In this document: positions 20,669 to 28,896 of the stretch, piece after piece
Position numbering within the stretch: the first letter of the stretch is position 1
Layout of the letters: each line of letters opens with the position of its first letter
From: an uncultured Dehalococcoidales bacterium
GTDB lineage: Bacteria; Chloroflexota; Dehalococcoidia; GIF9; AB-539-J10
Direction: 5' to 3'
NCBI GenBank assembly: GCA_964514415.1
Contig: CAZEQL010000001.1
Span: 6,510-70,509, forward strand
DNA: 64,000 nt
Notes under the pieces: generated by a model
What the model was told of the DNA's origin: nothing
What the model saw: the letters and a program-made list of their open reading frames with translations, nothing else
Databases searched by the model: none
Made by a program: the position numbers and the translations under genes

Positions 20669-21363
20669 AGAAGAGCTACATCGTCCTGGCATTGCTACTG
20701 GCTTTAAGTATAGGTTTTGCCATTTCCCCTGCTTTGTTTCCTTCGTTCAATGCTTTGGCAAACTGGGGCTTAGTAGCAATTCTGCTAGCCGTTCTGATCA
20801 TATTAGCCTTTTTCTTCAAGTTTGAATCAGTCGCTCTGGGCTCTAAAGAGATAGCGTTAGTTTCCATGTTGGCCACTACATCGGCAGTTCTAAGAATTCC
20901 ATTTGCTGCTATTCCCAGCTTTCAACCTTGCACTTTTTTGATAATTTGCTCTGGATATGTCTTTGGGCCCATATCTGGTTTCATGGTAGGAGCGATGACG
21001 CCACTCATCTCCAATTTTTTCTTAGGGCAGGGTCCCTGGACGTTATATCAAATGCTTGCCTGGGGATTGATAGGGTATGGGGCTGCTTATCTCAGGCGAT
21101 TCAATCTGGACAGGAAAGGACTGATTGTTATTGGTGTTATTTGTGGTTTCGTTTTTGGCTTCCTCACGAATATCTACTTCTGGCTATTCTTTACTTATCC
21201 CCTTACACTCAGAACTTTAATCCTTGTCCAAATTAGCAGTCTTTGGTTTGACATCTCTCATGCCGCAGGAAATGCCATCTTTCTCGGACTCTTTGGCACA
21301 AAGACTATTGGTGTGTTGGAGAGATACAAGAAGCGCTTCAACTGGAAGTTATCATCAAGTTGA
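20665..21363 (+). CDS. putative ECF transporter substrate-specific (S) component
   Basis: 232-aa small hydrophobic protein with about 6 predicted TM segments. Its start is translationally coupled to the EcfAA' stop (overlapping ATGA). Family not recognised. Confidence 0.5.
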   Translation: MKKSYIVLALLLALSIGFAISPALFPSFNALANWGLVAILLAVLIILAFFFKFESVALGSKEIALVSMLATTSAVLRIPFAAIPSFQPCTFLIICSGYVFGPISGFMVGAMTPLISNFFLGQGPWTLYQMLAWGLIGYGAAYLRRFNLDRKGLIVIGVICGFVFGFLTNIYFWLFFTYPLTLRTLILVQISSLWFDISHAAGNAIFLGLFGTKTIGVLERYKKRFNWKLSSS

Positions 21364-21571
21364 GATATTTGGAGCTTTTGGGCTACGAGACGCAATATGA
21401 GACGCTAAAAGAGGAATAGTGTGACGATGCGGAGTGAATCGCATCCACACAGAAGGAATAGATTCAGGTCTACACAGGAAATTCTAAAGGTACAGCTATG
21501 GACACTTCGGATCTGACTTTTCGGGGATGCCACCTCACCTCATCGTTTGGGCTATGGTAAACCGGCCAAAG

Positions 21572-22426
21572 ATGATTGTAACTAAGGAACTCACCAAAAT
21601 ATACGGTGGAATCAGAGCAGTTGAGACCTTAGATCTGGAAGTGCATACGGGGGAGATGTTTGGATTTCTGGGTCCCAATGGCGCTGGCAAGACCACGACT
21701 ATCCGCATCTTGACTACTTTAACCAAGCCATCTTCAGGACATGCCTGGATAAACAGCTTCGACGTGGTGAAGAACCCGAGACAGGTAAGAAAGGAGTTCG
21801 GAATAGTGCAGCAGCACTTGAGCCTAGATTGGGAGCTGACCGTATGGGAGATTTTGGAATTGCACGCTCGGCTGCATCACCTAAAGCTAAATGAGCGGCG
21901 GCAGCGCATCGCCGAGTTGCTTGACTATATAGGACTGACCAAGCAAACTAATCAACTGGTCAGGGAGCTTTCAGAAGGGATGAAAAGGCGGGTGATGATT
22001 GCCCGCGCTCTCATACACCACCCCAAAGTGCTCTTCCTCGATGAGCCCACAGCAGGGGTGGATGCCCAGAGCCGACGCCATGTCTGGGATATGATACGCG
22101 GCATGAACTCAGCTGGCACCACCGTTTTTCTCACTACCCATTACATCGAGGAGGCAGAGGCTCTCTGCCAGCGAGTGGGGATAATCCACCAGGGGCAATT
22201 GATCGCCCTAGGCAGCCCCCTGGAGCTCCGGCTGCGCCTAGGGCTGGTCACCGTAGAGACACTCTCTAACAATAAAAACACCCACTATCACTACTTCCCT
22301 AACAGAGCTGCAGCGACAGGCTACGTTCAGAGCCTACCCTCCGACGTTAAGACCATCATCGTGCGGGAATCGAATCTAGAAGATGTCTTCGTAGAGCTGA
22401 CCGGGCGAAAGGTAGGTGACGAATAA
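21572..22426 (+). CDS. ABC transporter ATP-binding protein (ABC-2 / DrrA-like exporter type)
   Basis: Walker A GPNGAGKTT, signature LSEGMKRRV, Walker B FLDEP. The ATG at 21572 is preferred over the upstream extension in the ORF track. Confidence 0.8.
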   Translation: MIVTKELTKIYGGIRAVETLDLEVHTGEMFGFLGPNGAGKTTTIRILTTLTKPSSGHAWINSFDVVKNPRQVRKEFGIVQQHLSLDWELTVWEILELHARLHHLKLNERRQRIAELLDYIGLTKQTNQLVRELSEGMKRRVMIARALIHHPKVLFLDEPTAGVDAQSRRHVWDMIRGMNSAGTTVFLTTHYIEEAEALCQRVGIIHQGQLIALGSPLELRLRLGLVTVETLSNNKNTHYHYFPNRAAATGYVQSLPSDVKTIIVRESNLEDVFVELTGRKVGDE

Positions 22427-22427
22427 C

Positions 22428-23162
22428 ATGGATTTCTACTCCATTCTCTGGACAGATTTAAGGATTTTACGGCGCCAATGGTGGCGGCTTCTTGTCACCA
22501 CCATGATTAGCCCCCTGCTGTACTTAATAGCCTTTGGCTGGGGGTTAGGGCGGGGAATCAATATCGAGGGTACAAATTACCTCGAGTTCGTGATACCAGG
22601 CATAGTCGCCCTTACCGCCATGACCATCAGCTTCAATGGTGCCGGAATGAAGCTCAACGTGGATCGCCTTTATTGCAAGAGCTTCGACGAATGCTTGATG
22701 TCTCCCGTTAGTCACCTTTCGTTAATCCTGGGCAAGGCGTCAATCGGCGTGGTGCGTGGTCTCATTAGCTCCATAGCCTTCCTGGTAGTGGCTTATCTGC
22801 TATCACCCACCTTAACCTTCAGCCCTCTTTTCGTGGTAACTCTGGTGCTCACCTGCTTCATCTTCGCCTTTATGGGAGTCCTCATTGCGCTACTGGTGAA
22901 GGCACATGAAGACATGGCTACCTTCAGCAGCCTGATATTACTGCCGATGACCTTTCTCTGTGGCACCTTCTTCTCCCTGAGCCAATTGCCCGAGGGACTA
23001 AAGGTCGCCCTGTACATCCTTCCCCTGACACATTCCAGCCTGTGCTTGCGAGCAGCATCTCTGGGCCAGCCCTTCCCCTGGCTGTCACTGCTGGCCATCG
23101 TGGGTTTTGGAATAGCCTTTCTTCTGGGGTGTGTAATAGCTCTGAGGAGAGCGAGTATATAG
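22428..23162 (+). CDS. ABC-2 family transporter permease
   Basis: About 245 aa, 6 TM segments, immediately downstream of the ATPase. ATG at 22428. Confidence 0.7.
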   Translation: MDFYSILWTDLRILRRQWWRLLVTTMISPLLYLIAFGWGLGRGINIEGTNYLEFVIPGIVALTAMTISFNGAGMKLNVDRLYCKSFDECLMSPVSHLSLILGKASIGVVRGLISSIAFLVVAYLLSPTLTFSPLFVVTLVLTCFIFAFMGVLIALLVKAHEDMATFSSLILLPMTFLCGTFFSLSQLPEGLKVALYILPLTHSSLCLRAASLGQPFPWLSLLAIVGFGIAFLLGCVIALRRASI

Positions 23163-23255
23163 GTTTAATATGAAAGCTTATTTACTATCATTTTGCGCCC
23201 TCTGTTTCTTGTCATCGTGAAGGCTGCAAGTGTCATGGCGGTGAATTAGCAAAAT

Positions 23256-23285
23256 TTGACATGGCAAAAACATATGTTTTATAAT
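23256..23285 (+). promoter_or_regulatory. consensus sigma70-type promoter: TTGACA (23256-23261), 18-nt spacer, TATAAT (23280-23285)
   Basis: Perfect hexamers about 130 nt upstream of the BtuF-like start. The leader is homologous to the leader of gene 13994. Confidence 0.5.
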
Positions 23286-23413
23286 CTCTCTTAATCAAGT
23301 AAGCTTGCTTTTAAGCAAATAAACTTGTATACCTGAGAGGGAGAGAGGCATATGAACTAGCTGAAGGAATCCGCTGCAGTCTAAGCAACTACTGACAAGG
23401 AGGTAGAGTAGAA

Positions 23414-24478
23414 ATGAATAGCATTAAAAAGAAATTTGGTATATGGGGTAGTCTACTGCTTGCGTTGGCGCTGGTGGTGGCAATGTCGCTTCCTGCAACC
23501 AGTCTGGCTACCACTTATCCCATAACCCTCACCGACGACTTAGGCCGGGAGGTCACCATTGAGGCATTACCACAGAGAATAGTGTCTCTAGCCCCTTCCA
23601 ACACCGAGATACTATTTGCCCTGGGCTTGGGGGATAGAGTGGTGGGAGTGACAGACTTCTGCGACTACCCACCGGAGGCTCAGGAGAAGGAAAGCATAGG
23701 AGGTCCCTGGACACCGGATGTAGAAAAGCTAGTTGCTCTTCAGCCTGACTTTGTACTGGCTGCAGCTATCAATCCTATCGATGTTATTAACACCCTGGAG
23801 GGATTGGGGGTTACGGTATTCGGCGTAGAAGCCACCGATTTAGATGACATACTTCATGATATCAGGACGGTAGGGCAAATAACCGACAAGGAAGCGGGGG
23901 CAGATGCGATTACAACTGACATGCAAAACAAGATAGATACAATAACCGCAGAGACAGCGGGGCTTCCCCAGAATGAAAAGCCCAGGACGTTCCACATTTG
24001 CTATCACGAGCCCATATGGACTGCAGGCAATGGCACCTTCATCCATGATTTGATTGAAAAGGCAGGGGGAGTGAATATTTTTGCCGACATTGATGACTAT
24101 CAGTCAGTCGACATCGAGGCGGTAATCGGGCGCAATCCCGAGGTAATCATAGTAACGGCGATGGGTGGCACGGCATCCGGAACATGGGACTGGGTACTTA
24201 CCGAGCCCCGGCTTGCGGGTGTATCAGCCCGTCAAAATGGAAGAGCGTACTATGTGGAATCTAACTGGGTTGAGCGCCCAGGACCACGAATAGTGCTTGG
24301 CTTGGAGGCGGTGGCTAAATACATCCATCCCGAGCTTTTCTTCGACCCCTGGGATTACGATGAAGATGGCAATGGAGACATCAACAAGGCTGAAGCCATC
24401 GAATCCATCCAGGACTACTTTAACGGTTTGATAGCTAAGGCGCAGGCGATAGAAGTCGTGACACTCTACTTTGGATAA
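23414..24478 (+). CDS. BtuF-like periplasmic corrinoid/iron-siderophore binding protein (cluster 8 binding protein) with C-terminal EF-hand-like extension
   Basis: Signal peptide. TroA-like binding fold (LAPSNTEILFALG, DFVLAA). C-terminal DEDGNGDINKAE matches the canonical 12-residue EF-hand/dockerin Ca loop (D1, D3, N5, G6, I8, E12). Confidence 0.7.
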   Translation: MNSIKKKFGIWGSLLLALALVVAMSLPATSLATTYPITLTDDLGREVTIEALPQRIVSLAPSNTEILFALGLGDRVVGVTDFCDYPPEAQEKESIGGPWTPDVEKLVALQPDFVLAAAINPIDVINTLEGLGVTVFGVEATDLDDILHDIRTVGQITDKEAGADAITTDMQNKIDTITAETAGLPQNEKPRTFHICYHEPIWTAGNGTFIHDLIEKAGGVNIFADIDDYQSVDIEAVIGRNPEVIIVTAMGGTASGTWDWVLTEPRLAGVSARQNGRAYYVESNWVERPGPRIVLGLEAVAKYIHPELFFDPWDYDEDGNGDINKAEAIESIQDYFNGLIAKAQAIEVVTLYFG

Positions 24479-24490
24479 TTAGGGGAAAAT

Positions 24491-26497
24491 ATGAGAAGGA
24501 AATTATTATCGAGAGGGTTCTTTTCCACCCTGGCGGCAGTTGTGCTGATAGCAGTTATAATCGCACCAGTACTGGCGGCGCCAGCAACCGCTACCAGGAC
24601 ACTCCCCACGTCGGTAGAATCAGTAGCCGAGTTCAATGTCGCCATTGAGGCTTCAGGCTGTGGTTTTGCCGGTCAGGTGGTGGAAACGCTGCCTGATGGC
24701 TTTACCTATGTCGGCTGCGATTCGGAAGATGTCGGAGTTGAGCAAACAGGCAACACAATCAAGTTCACCTTTATGGGTGATTCGGTGAGCTTTATCTATA
24801 CCGCGAGAGCGCCAACGGTCGAGACTACCACTGCTTATACCTTTCATCAGGGCATAGTTAAGGATGAGAATCACATTGAATATCCCATTCCGGACAGCTC
24901 AATAATTGTAACTGCACCTGGTCCCGCGACCTGTACTTTAACCATGGCGGTGAGCGGGAATGGCTCGACCACCCCCGCGGTGGGCGGTCACACTTATGAC
25001 GAAGGAACCGTAGTAGATATCAGCGCCACGGCAAACTCAGGCTGGCGATTTGACCATTGGTCCAGCAATGTTGCCAACCCTGCTTCCTCATCCACCACGA
25101 TAACCATGGACAGCGATAAAACGGTCACCGCCTATTTCACCCTCTTTACCGGGGCGTCGGGCACCAGGACACTTCCGACATTGGTGACATCAGGAGCCGA
25201 GTTCAATGTCGCCATTGAGGCTTCAGGCTGTGGCGACTTCGGTCAGGTAGTGGAAACACTACCCGATGGATTTACCTATGCCGGCTGTGATTCGGAAGAC
25301 GTTGGAGTTGAGCAAACAGGCAACACAATCAAGCTCTCTTTCTTCGATTCGGCAAGCTTTATTTACAAGGTTAAGGCGCCAAGAGTTGCCGCTACCACTA
25401 CCTATACCTTCCAGGGCGAAATCCTGGATGAGGACAGGATTTCCTACCCCATTCAAGATGATGATATAACAGTACTGGTAACATCAGGCACCAGGATTCT
25501 CCCGGCATCGGTGACATCGGGAGACAAGTTCGCTATCACTATTGAGGCTTTGGGATGTGGCGACTTCGGTCAGGTGGTGGAGATCTTGCCCGACGGGTTT
25601 ACCTACGTGAGCAGTTCTCTCCCAACAGGCCAGGTTGAACAGACAGGCAGTATGGTCAAGTTCTCTTTCTTCGATTCAGCAAGCTTTACCTACAAAGTTA
25701 CGGCACCAAGAGTTGCCGCTACCACTACCTATACCTTCCAGGGCGAAATCCTGGATGAGGACAGGATTTCCTACCTCATTGAAAATGATGACATAACAGT
25801 AGTAAATGAGCCACCTGTTGCCAATGCCGGCACTGACCAAACGGTTTATATCCATCCTCCCGCCACCACTGCCAAGGTAACACTCGCTAGCTCTGGTTCT
25901 TATGACCCAGAAGGAGACTCTCTTACCTACGAATGGACATGGAACAGCACTACTGTTACTGAGGGCAATCCAACGATCGAGCTTCCTCTGGGAACTACCA
26001 CAATCACCCTGGTGGTAAACGACGGCAACTCGGATTCATCTCCCGATACCGTAAATATCATCGTACTGGAGTTGAGGAAGTCCAATGAATTATCTAAGAA
26101 GCCGGCAAACTTTGTGGCTTCTTATCTGCATATCTCACCAGAGCAAGTTCTACCCAATCAGCAAGTTGAAATCTCAATCAATATAGGCAATCATGGCGGG
26201 GAGAAAGGTAGCCATACCACTTCCTTGTACATCAACAGGCAGTTAGAAGACAGATGGGTAGTTGGTGTTTCCCCTGGCTCCTGCCAGAATGTGGTGTTCA
26301 GGTTAAGTAAAACAACACCAGGAACTTATCAAGTATCTTTAGAAGGACACCAAGGTCAGTTCGTTGTGCTAGCTCCACTCACAACTACCTATCCCTCTGG
26401 TGGCTTGGGCACAGGTGGCATAATAACCATTATAGTTGTATCTCTAGTGCTCGTTGCAGCAATAGTGTTTCTAATCGCTAGAACCAGAAGAGAGTAA
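24491..26497 (+). CDS. cell-surface protein: 3 tandem ~110-aa novel domains + InlB-B-repeat-like domain + PKD-like domain + CARDB-like domain + C-terminal TM anchor
   Basis: Signal peptide. Thrice-repeated (A/G)TRTLP...FNVAIEASGCG(F/D)(A/F)GQVVE(T/I)LPDGFTY... block. PANAGTDQT...SYDPEGDSLTYEWTW resembles PKD. C-terminus is paralogous to 15291 and 26656. Confidence 0.6.
   Translation: MRRKLLSRGFFSTLAAVVLIAVIIAPVLAAPATATRTLPTSVESVAEFNVAIEASGCGFAGQVVETLPDGFTYVGCDSEDVGVEQTGNTIKFTFMGDSVSFIYTARAPTVETTTAYTFHQGIVKDENHIEYPIPDSSIIVTAPGPATCTLTMAVSGNGSTTPAVGGHTYDEGTVVDISATANSGWRFDHWSSNVANPASSSTTITMDSDKTVTAYFTLFTGASGTRTLPTLVTSGAEFNVAIEASGCGDFGQVVETLPDGFTYAGCDSEDVGVEQTGNTIKLSFFDSASFIYKVKAPRVAATTTYTFQGEILDEDRISYPIQDDDITVLVTSGTRILPASVTSGDKFAITIEALGCGDFGQVVEILPDGFTYVSSSLPTGQVEQTGSMVKFSFFDSASFTYKVTAPRVAATTTYTFQGEILDEDRISYLIENDDITVVNEPPVANAGTDQTVYIHPPATTAKVTLASSGSYDPEGDSLTYEWTWNSTTVTEGNPTIELPLGTTTITLVVNDGNSDSSPDTVNIIVLELRKSNELSKKPANFVASYLHISPEQVLPNQQVEISINIGNHGGEKGSHTTSLYINRQLEDRWVVGVSPGSCQNVVFRLSKTTPGTYQVSLEGHQGQFVVLAPLTTTYPSGGLGTGGIITIIVVSLVLVAAIVFLIARTRRE
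25150..25823 (+). repeat. two tandem ~337-bp intragenic direct repeats (about 95% identical over at least 105 bp, e.g. 25338-25442 vs 25675-25779)
   Basis: Direct reading: near-identical stretches ...gcaagctttatttacaaggttaaggcgccaagagttgccgctaccactacctataccttccagggcgaaatcctggatgaggacaggatttcctacc... recur with a period of 337 nt inside CDS 24491..26497. Confidence 0.7.
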
Positions 26498-26655
26498 CGT
26501 AGAGTGTCCAAAGCGCAGATTAAAAAGAGCAGCTAGTAATATTTGCGTCAGGTGGAGGTGGTACTAATACTATGCCACCTCCACAAAGTGATAACCAAGG
26601 CACCAGCAACATAATTTGTGATGCCGTATTCTGGATGATAAGGGTGAGAGGAAAA

Positions 26656-27951
26656 ATGCTATCGAGAAGGGTCATTCCTTCAATAGCAGCAATTATACTG
26701 ATAGCAGTTATAGCTGCCCCGGCCCTGGCGTCGCCAGCGACAGCCACGCGGACCCTTCCGTCATCGGTAGCTTCAGGAGCCACTTTCAACGTCGCCATTG
26801 AGGCTTCAGGCTGCGGTTTTGCTGGTCAGGTAGAGGAGACCTTGCCTGATGGGTTTACCTATCTCAGTTGCACCCCTGATGATATTGGAACCCAAAAATC
26901 AGGCAACACAGTCAAGTTCACCTTCCTCGGGAATTCAGCAAGTTTTACCTATAGTGCCAAGGCACCAACAATCGACACTATCACCACCTATACCTTCCAC
27001 GGCGTAGTCAAGGATGAGGATAAGAATGAATATCCTGTCGATGATGATGAGATAACTGTGACCATGGGTGGGCCTCCCCCAGAAACTTACATTCTGACTA
27101 TGGCGGTGGATGGAAGTGGCTCAACCACCCCTTCAGTGGGCAACCATATCTATGATGTCGGAGACGTAGTGAGCATCAGCGCCACACCAGCCTCAGACTG
27201 GCAATTTGACCACTGGTCAAGTAACATTGCCGACCCTGATTCTCCATCTACCACGGTAACCATGGATAGAGATAAAACTATCACCGCTCATTTCAGCCCA
27301 GGCAGCAGCAGTGCGAACGACCTCATAACCTATACCTTAACAGTAACCTATGAACCAAGCGATGGCGGAAGTGTTATCCTCAGCCCTTCGGAATTAGGCA
27401 GCCATTATGAGAAGGACACTTCTATCAAGCTAACCGTTATCCCTTCTGAGGGTCATATCTTTTCTTGCTGGGGCGGTGATCTCACCGGAAACGCCAATCC
27501 CGTTACCATAGCTATGGACTCTGACAAGAATATTACCGCCAATTTTGCATCGCCCACGCGGGGAAACCTGGCCAGTTTTGCAATCTCCCCCCTCAATATC
27601 TCGCCAGAGCAAGTTCAGCCTAACCAGACAGTCAGCATCTCCGCCAGTATAACCAACAATGGTGAGAAAACTGGAACTTATGAAGCCCTCCTTTATGTCA
27701 ATGAGCAAGTGGAGGACAGTCAACTGGTGGAGATTTCACCTGGTTCATCCCAGAATGTGGTCTTTAGTGTAACCAAGGCAACCCCGGGAGTTTATACCGC
27801 CTTACTGGGAGAGCAGCAAGGGGAATTCACCGTGGCGAATAACGCTTCTAATAGGAATCTCGACACCAGTAGCACGATAGCTATTGTGGTTATCATCGTA
27901 CTTGTTGTAGCTCTGGTATTCATATTCCGTAGAATTAGGAGAGGAACGTAA
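26656..27951 (+). CDS. cell-surface protein paralog: 1 novel ~110-aa domain + two InlB-B-repeat-like domains + CARDB-like domain + C-terminal TM anchor
   Basis: The ATG at 26656 gives the signal peptide MLSRRVIPSIAAIILIAVIAAPALA, aligning with the 24491 protein. The same domain order follows and the C-terminus is homologous. Confidence 0.6.
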   Translation: MLSRRVIPSIAAIILIAVIAAPALASPATATRTLPSSVASGATFNVAIEASGCGFAGQVEETLPDGFTYLSCTPDDIGTQKSGNTVKFTFLGNSASFTYSAKAPTIDTITTYTFHGVVKDEDKNEYPVDDDEITVTMGGPPPETYILTMAVDGSGSTTPSVGNHIYDVGDVVSISATPASDWQFDHWSSNIADPDSPSTTVTMDRDKTITAHFSPGSSSANDLITYTLTVTYEPSDGGSVILSPSELGSHYEKDTSIKLTVIPSEGHIFSCWGGDLTGNANPVTIAMDSDKNITANFASPTRGNLASFAISPLNISPEQVQPNQTVSISASITNNGEKTGTYEALLYVNEQVEDSQLVEISPGSSQNVVFSVTKATPGVYTALLGEQQGEFTVANNASNRNLDTSSTIAIVVIIVLVVALVFIFRRIRRGT

Positions 27952-28165
27952 CTACGTACAAATTAAAGGGAGTATCAAAAAAGGCAGCCTTTATTCAATC
28001 AACAAAGTTGCTTAACAACCCGTCCGATTCTAAGCAAAGCGAGAAATTAGGACCCCTCGTCACTGTTCGGAAGACAGACTAAATAATCCTCAATCAGTTG
28101 AACTTGTTTATAGTAAGCTTAGGTTGTAATATTATGGATATTTGGCAAGCTCGAGAGGTAGTCAA

Positions 28166-28810
28166 ATGAAAGTTTTCGCTTCATGGAGTGGAGGGAAAGA
28201 ATGCGCTTTGGCAACCTATAGAGCAATTTCACAAGGGTATGAAGTCTTATATTTGGTTAACTTTATCTCTGAAGATGGGGAGAGATCAAGGTCTCATGGG
28301 ATTAAGGCCGGTGTTTTAGCTTCGCAAGCAGAAGCTATTGGCATCCCTCTGATTCAGGTGAAAACGTCCTGGGAAGAATATGAGGAGAACTTTAAGAAGG
28401 TCGTGAGAGAGCTCAAGCATAAGGGGATAGAAGGAGGAGTTTTTGGCGATATAGACTTAAAAGAGCATAGGGAGTGGGTAGAGAGGGTCTGTAATGAGCT
28501 AGGGATAAAGGCGTTTCTGCCCCTTTGGGGAACAAAGGCAGAAGAATTAATTGGTGAATTTCTTAAGCTAGAATTCAAAGCTATGGTGGTAGCCACTAGA
28601 TTAGAAGAGAGCTTATTGGGAAAAGTTTTGGATGAAACTCTTGTGAGTCAGGTTACCAAACTCGGCTCCCATCCCTGTGGAGAAGGAGGAGAATACCATA
28701 CTTTTGTCACTGCAGGACCCATCTTTAAGAAGACACTCAAGATTACTCAGGGTGCGAAAGAAAAGAGAGATAATATGTGGTTTCTGGAAATCTCAGCTAA
28801 GTTGCAATGA
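28166..28810 (+). CDS. PP-loop ATP pyrophosphatase of the DUF71 / Dph6 (MJ0570) family
   Basis: N-terminal SWSGGKEC PP-loop and the family-typical EGGEYHT motif. The start is placed at the ATG at 28166 with its RBS; the track starts at an upstream TTG. Confidence 0.65.
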   Translation: MKVFASWSGGKECALATYRAISQGYEVLYLVNFISEDGERSRSHGIKAGVLASQAEAIGIPLIQVKTSWEEYEENFKKVVRELKHKGIEGGVFGDIDLKEHREWVERVCNELGIKAFLPLWGTKAEELIGEFLKLEFKAMVVATRLEESLLGKVLDETLVSQVTKLGSHPCGEGGEYHTFVTAGPIFKKTLKITQGAKEKRDNMWFLEISAKLQ

Positions 28811-28896
28811 GAGAGGCGCTCCATTGCTCTACGTTCCCGAGCAAATCGCAGTGCTTTGGAAATTCTTCGTTATGCTCAGAATAAAGGAGTGAACTT

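Noticed and set aside
23286-23413. Classical cobalamin riboswitch upstream of the BtuF-like gene and of the 13994 gene.
   Set aside because: The leaders are only about 120 nt and lack a recognisable B12 box. They are reported only as conserved leaders of unknown function.
26553-26583. Stem-loop TGGAGGTGG-N13-CCACCTCCA between the two surface-protein paralogs as a rho-independent terminator.
   Set aside because: No downstream U-tract. It overlaps the probable 5' region of the 26656 gene. It is kept only as a possible RNA structure.
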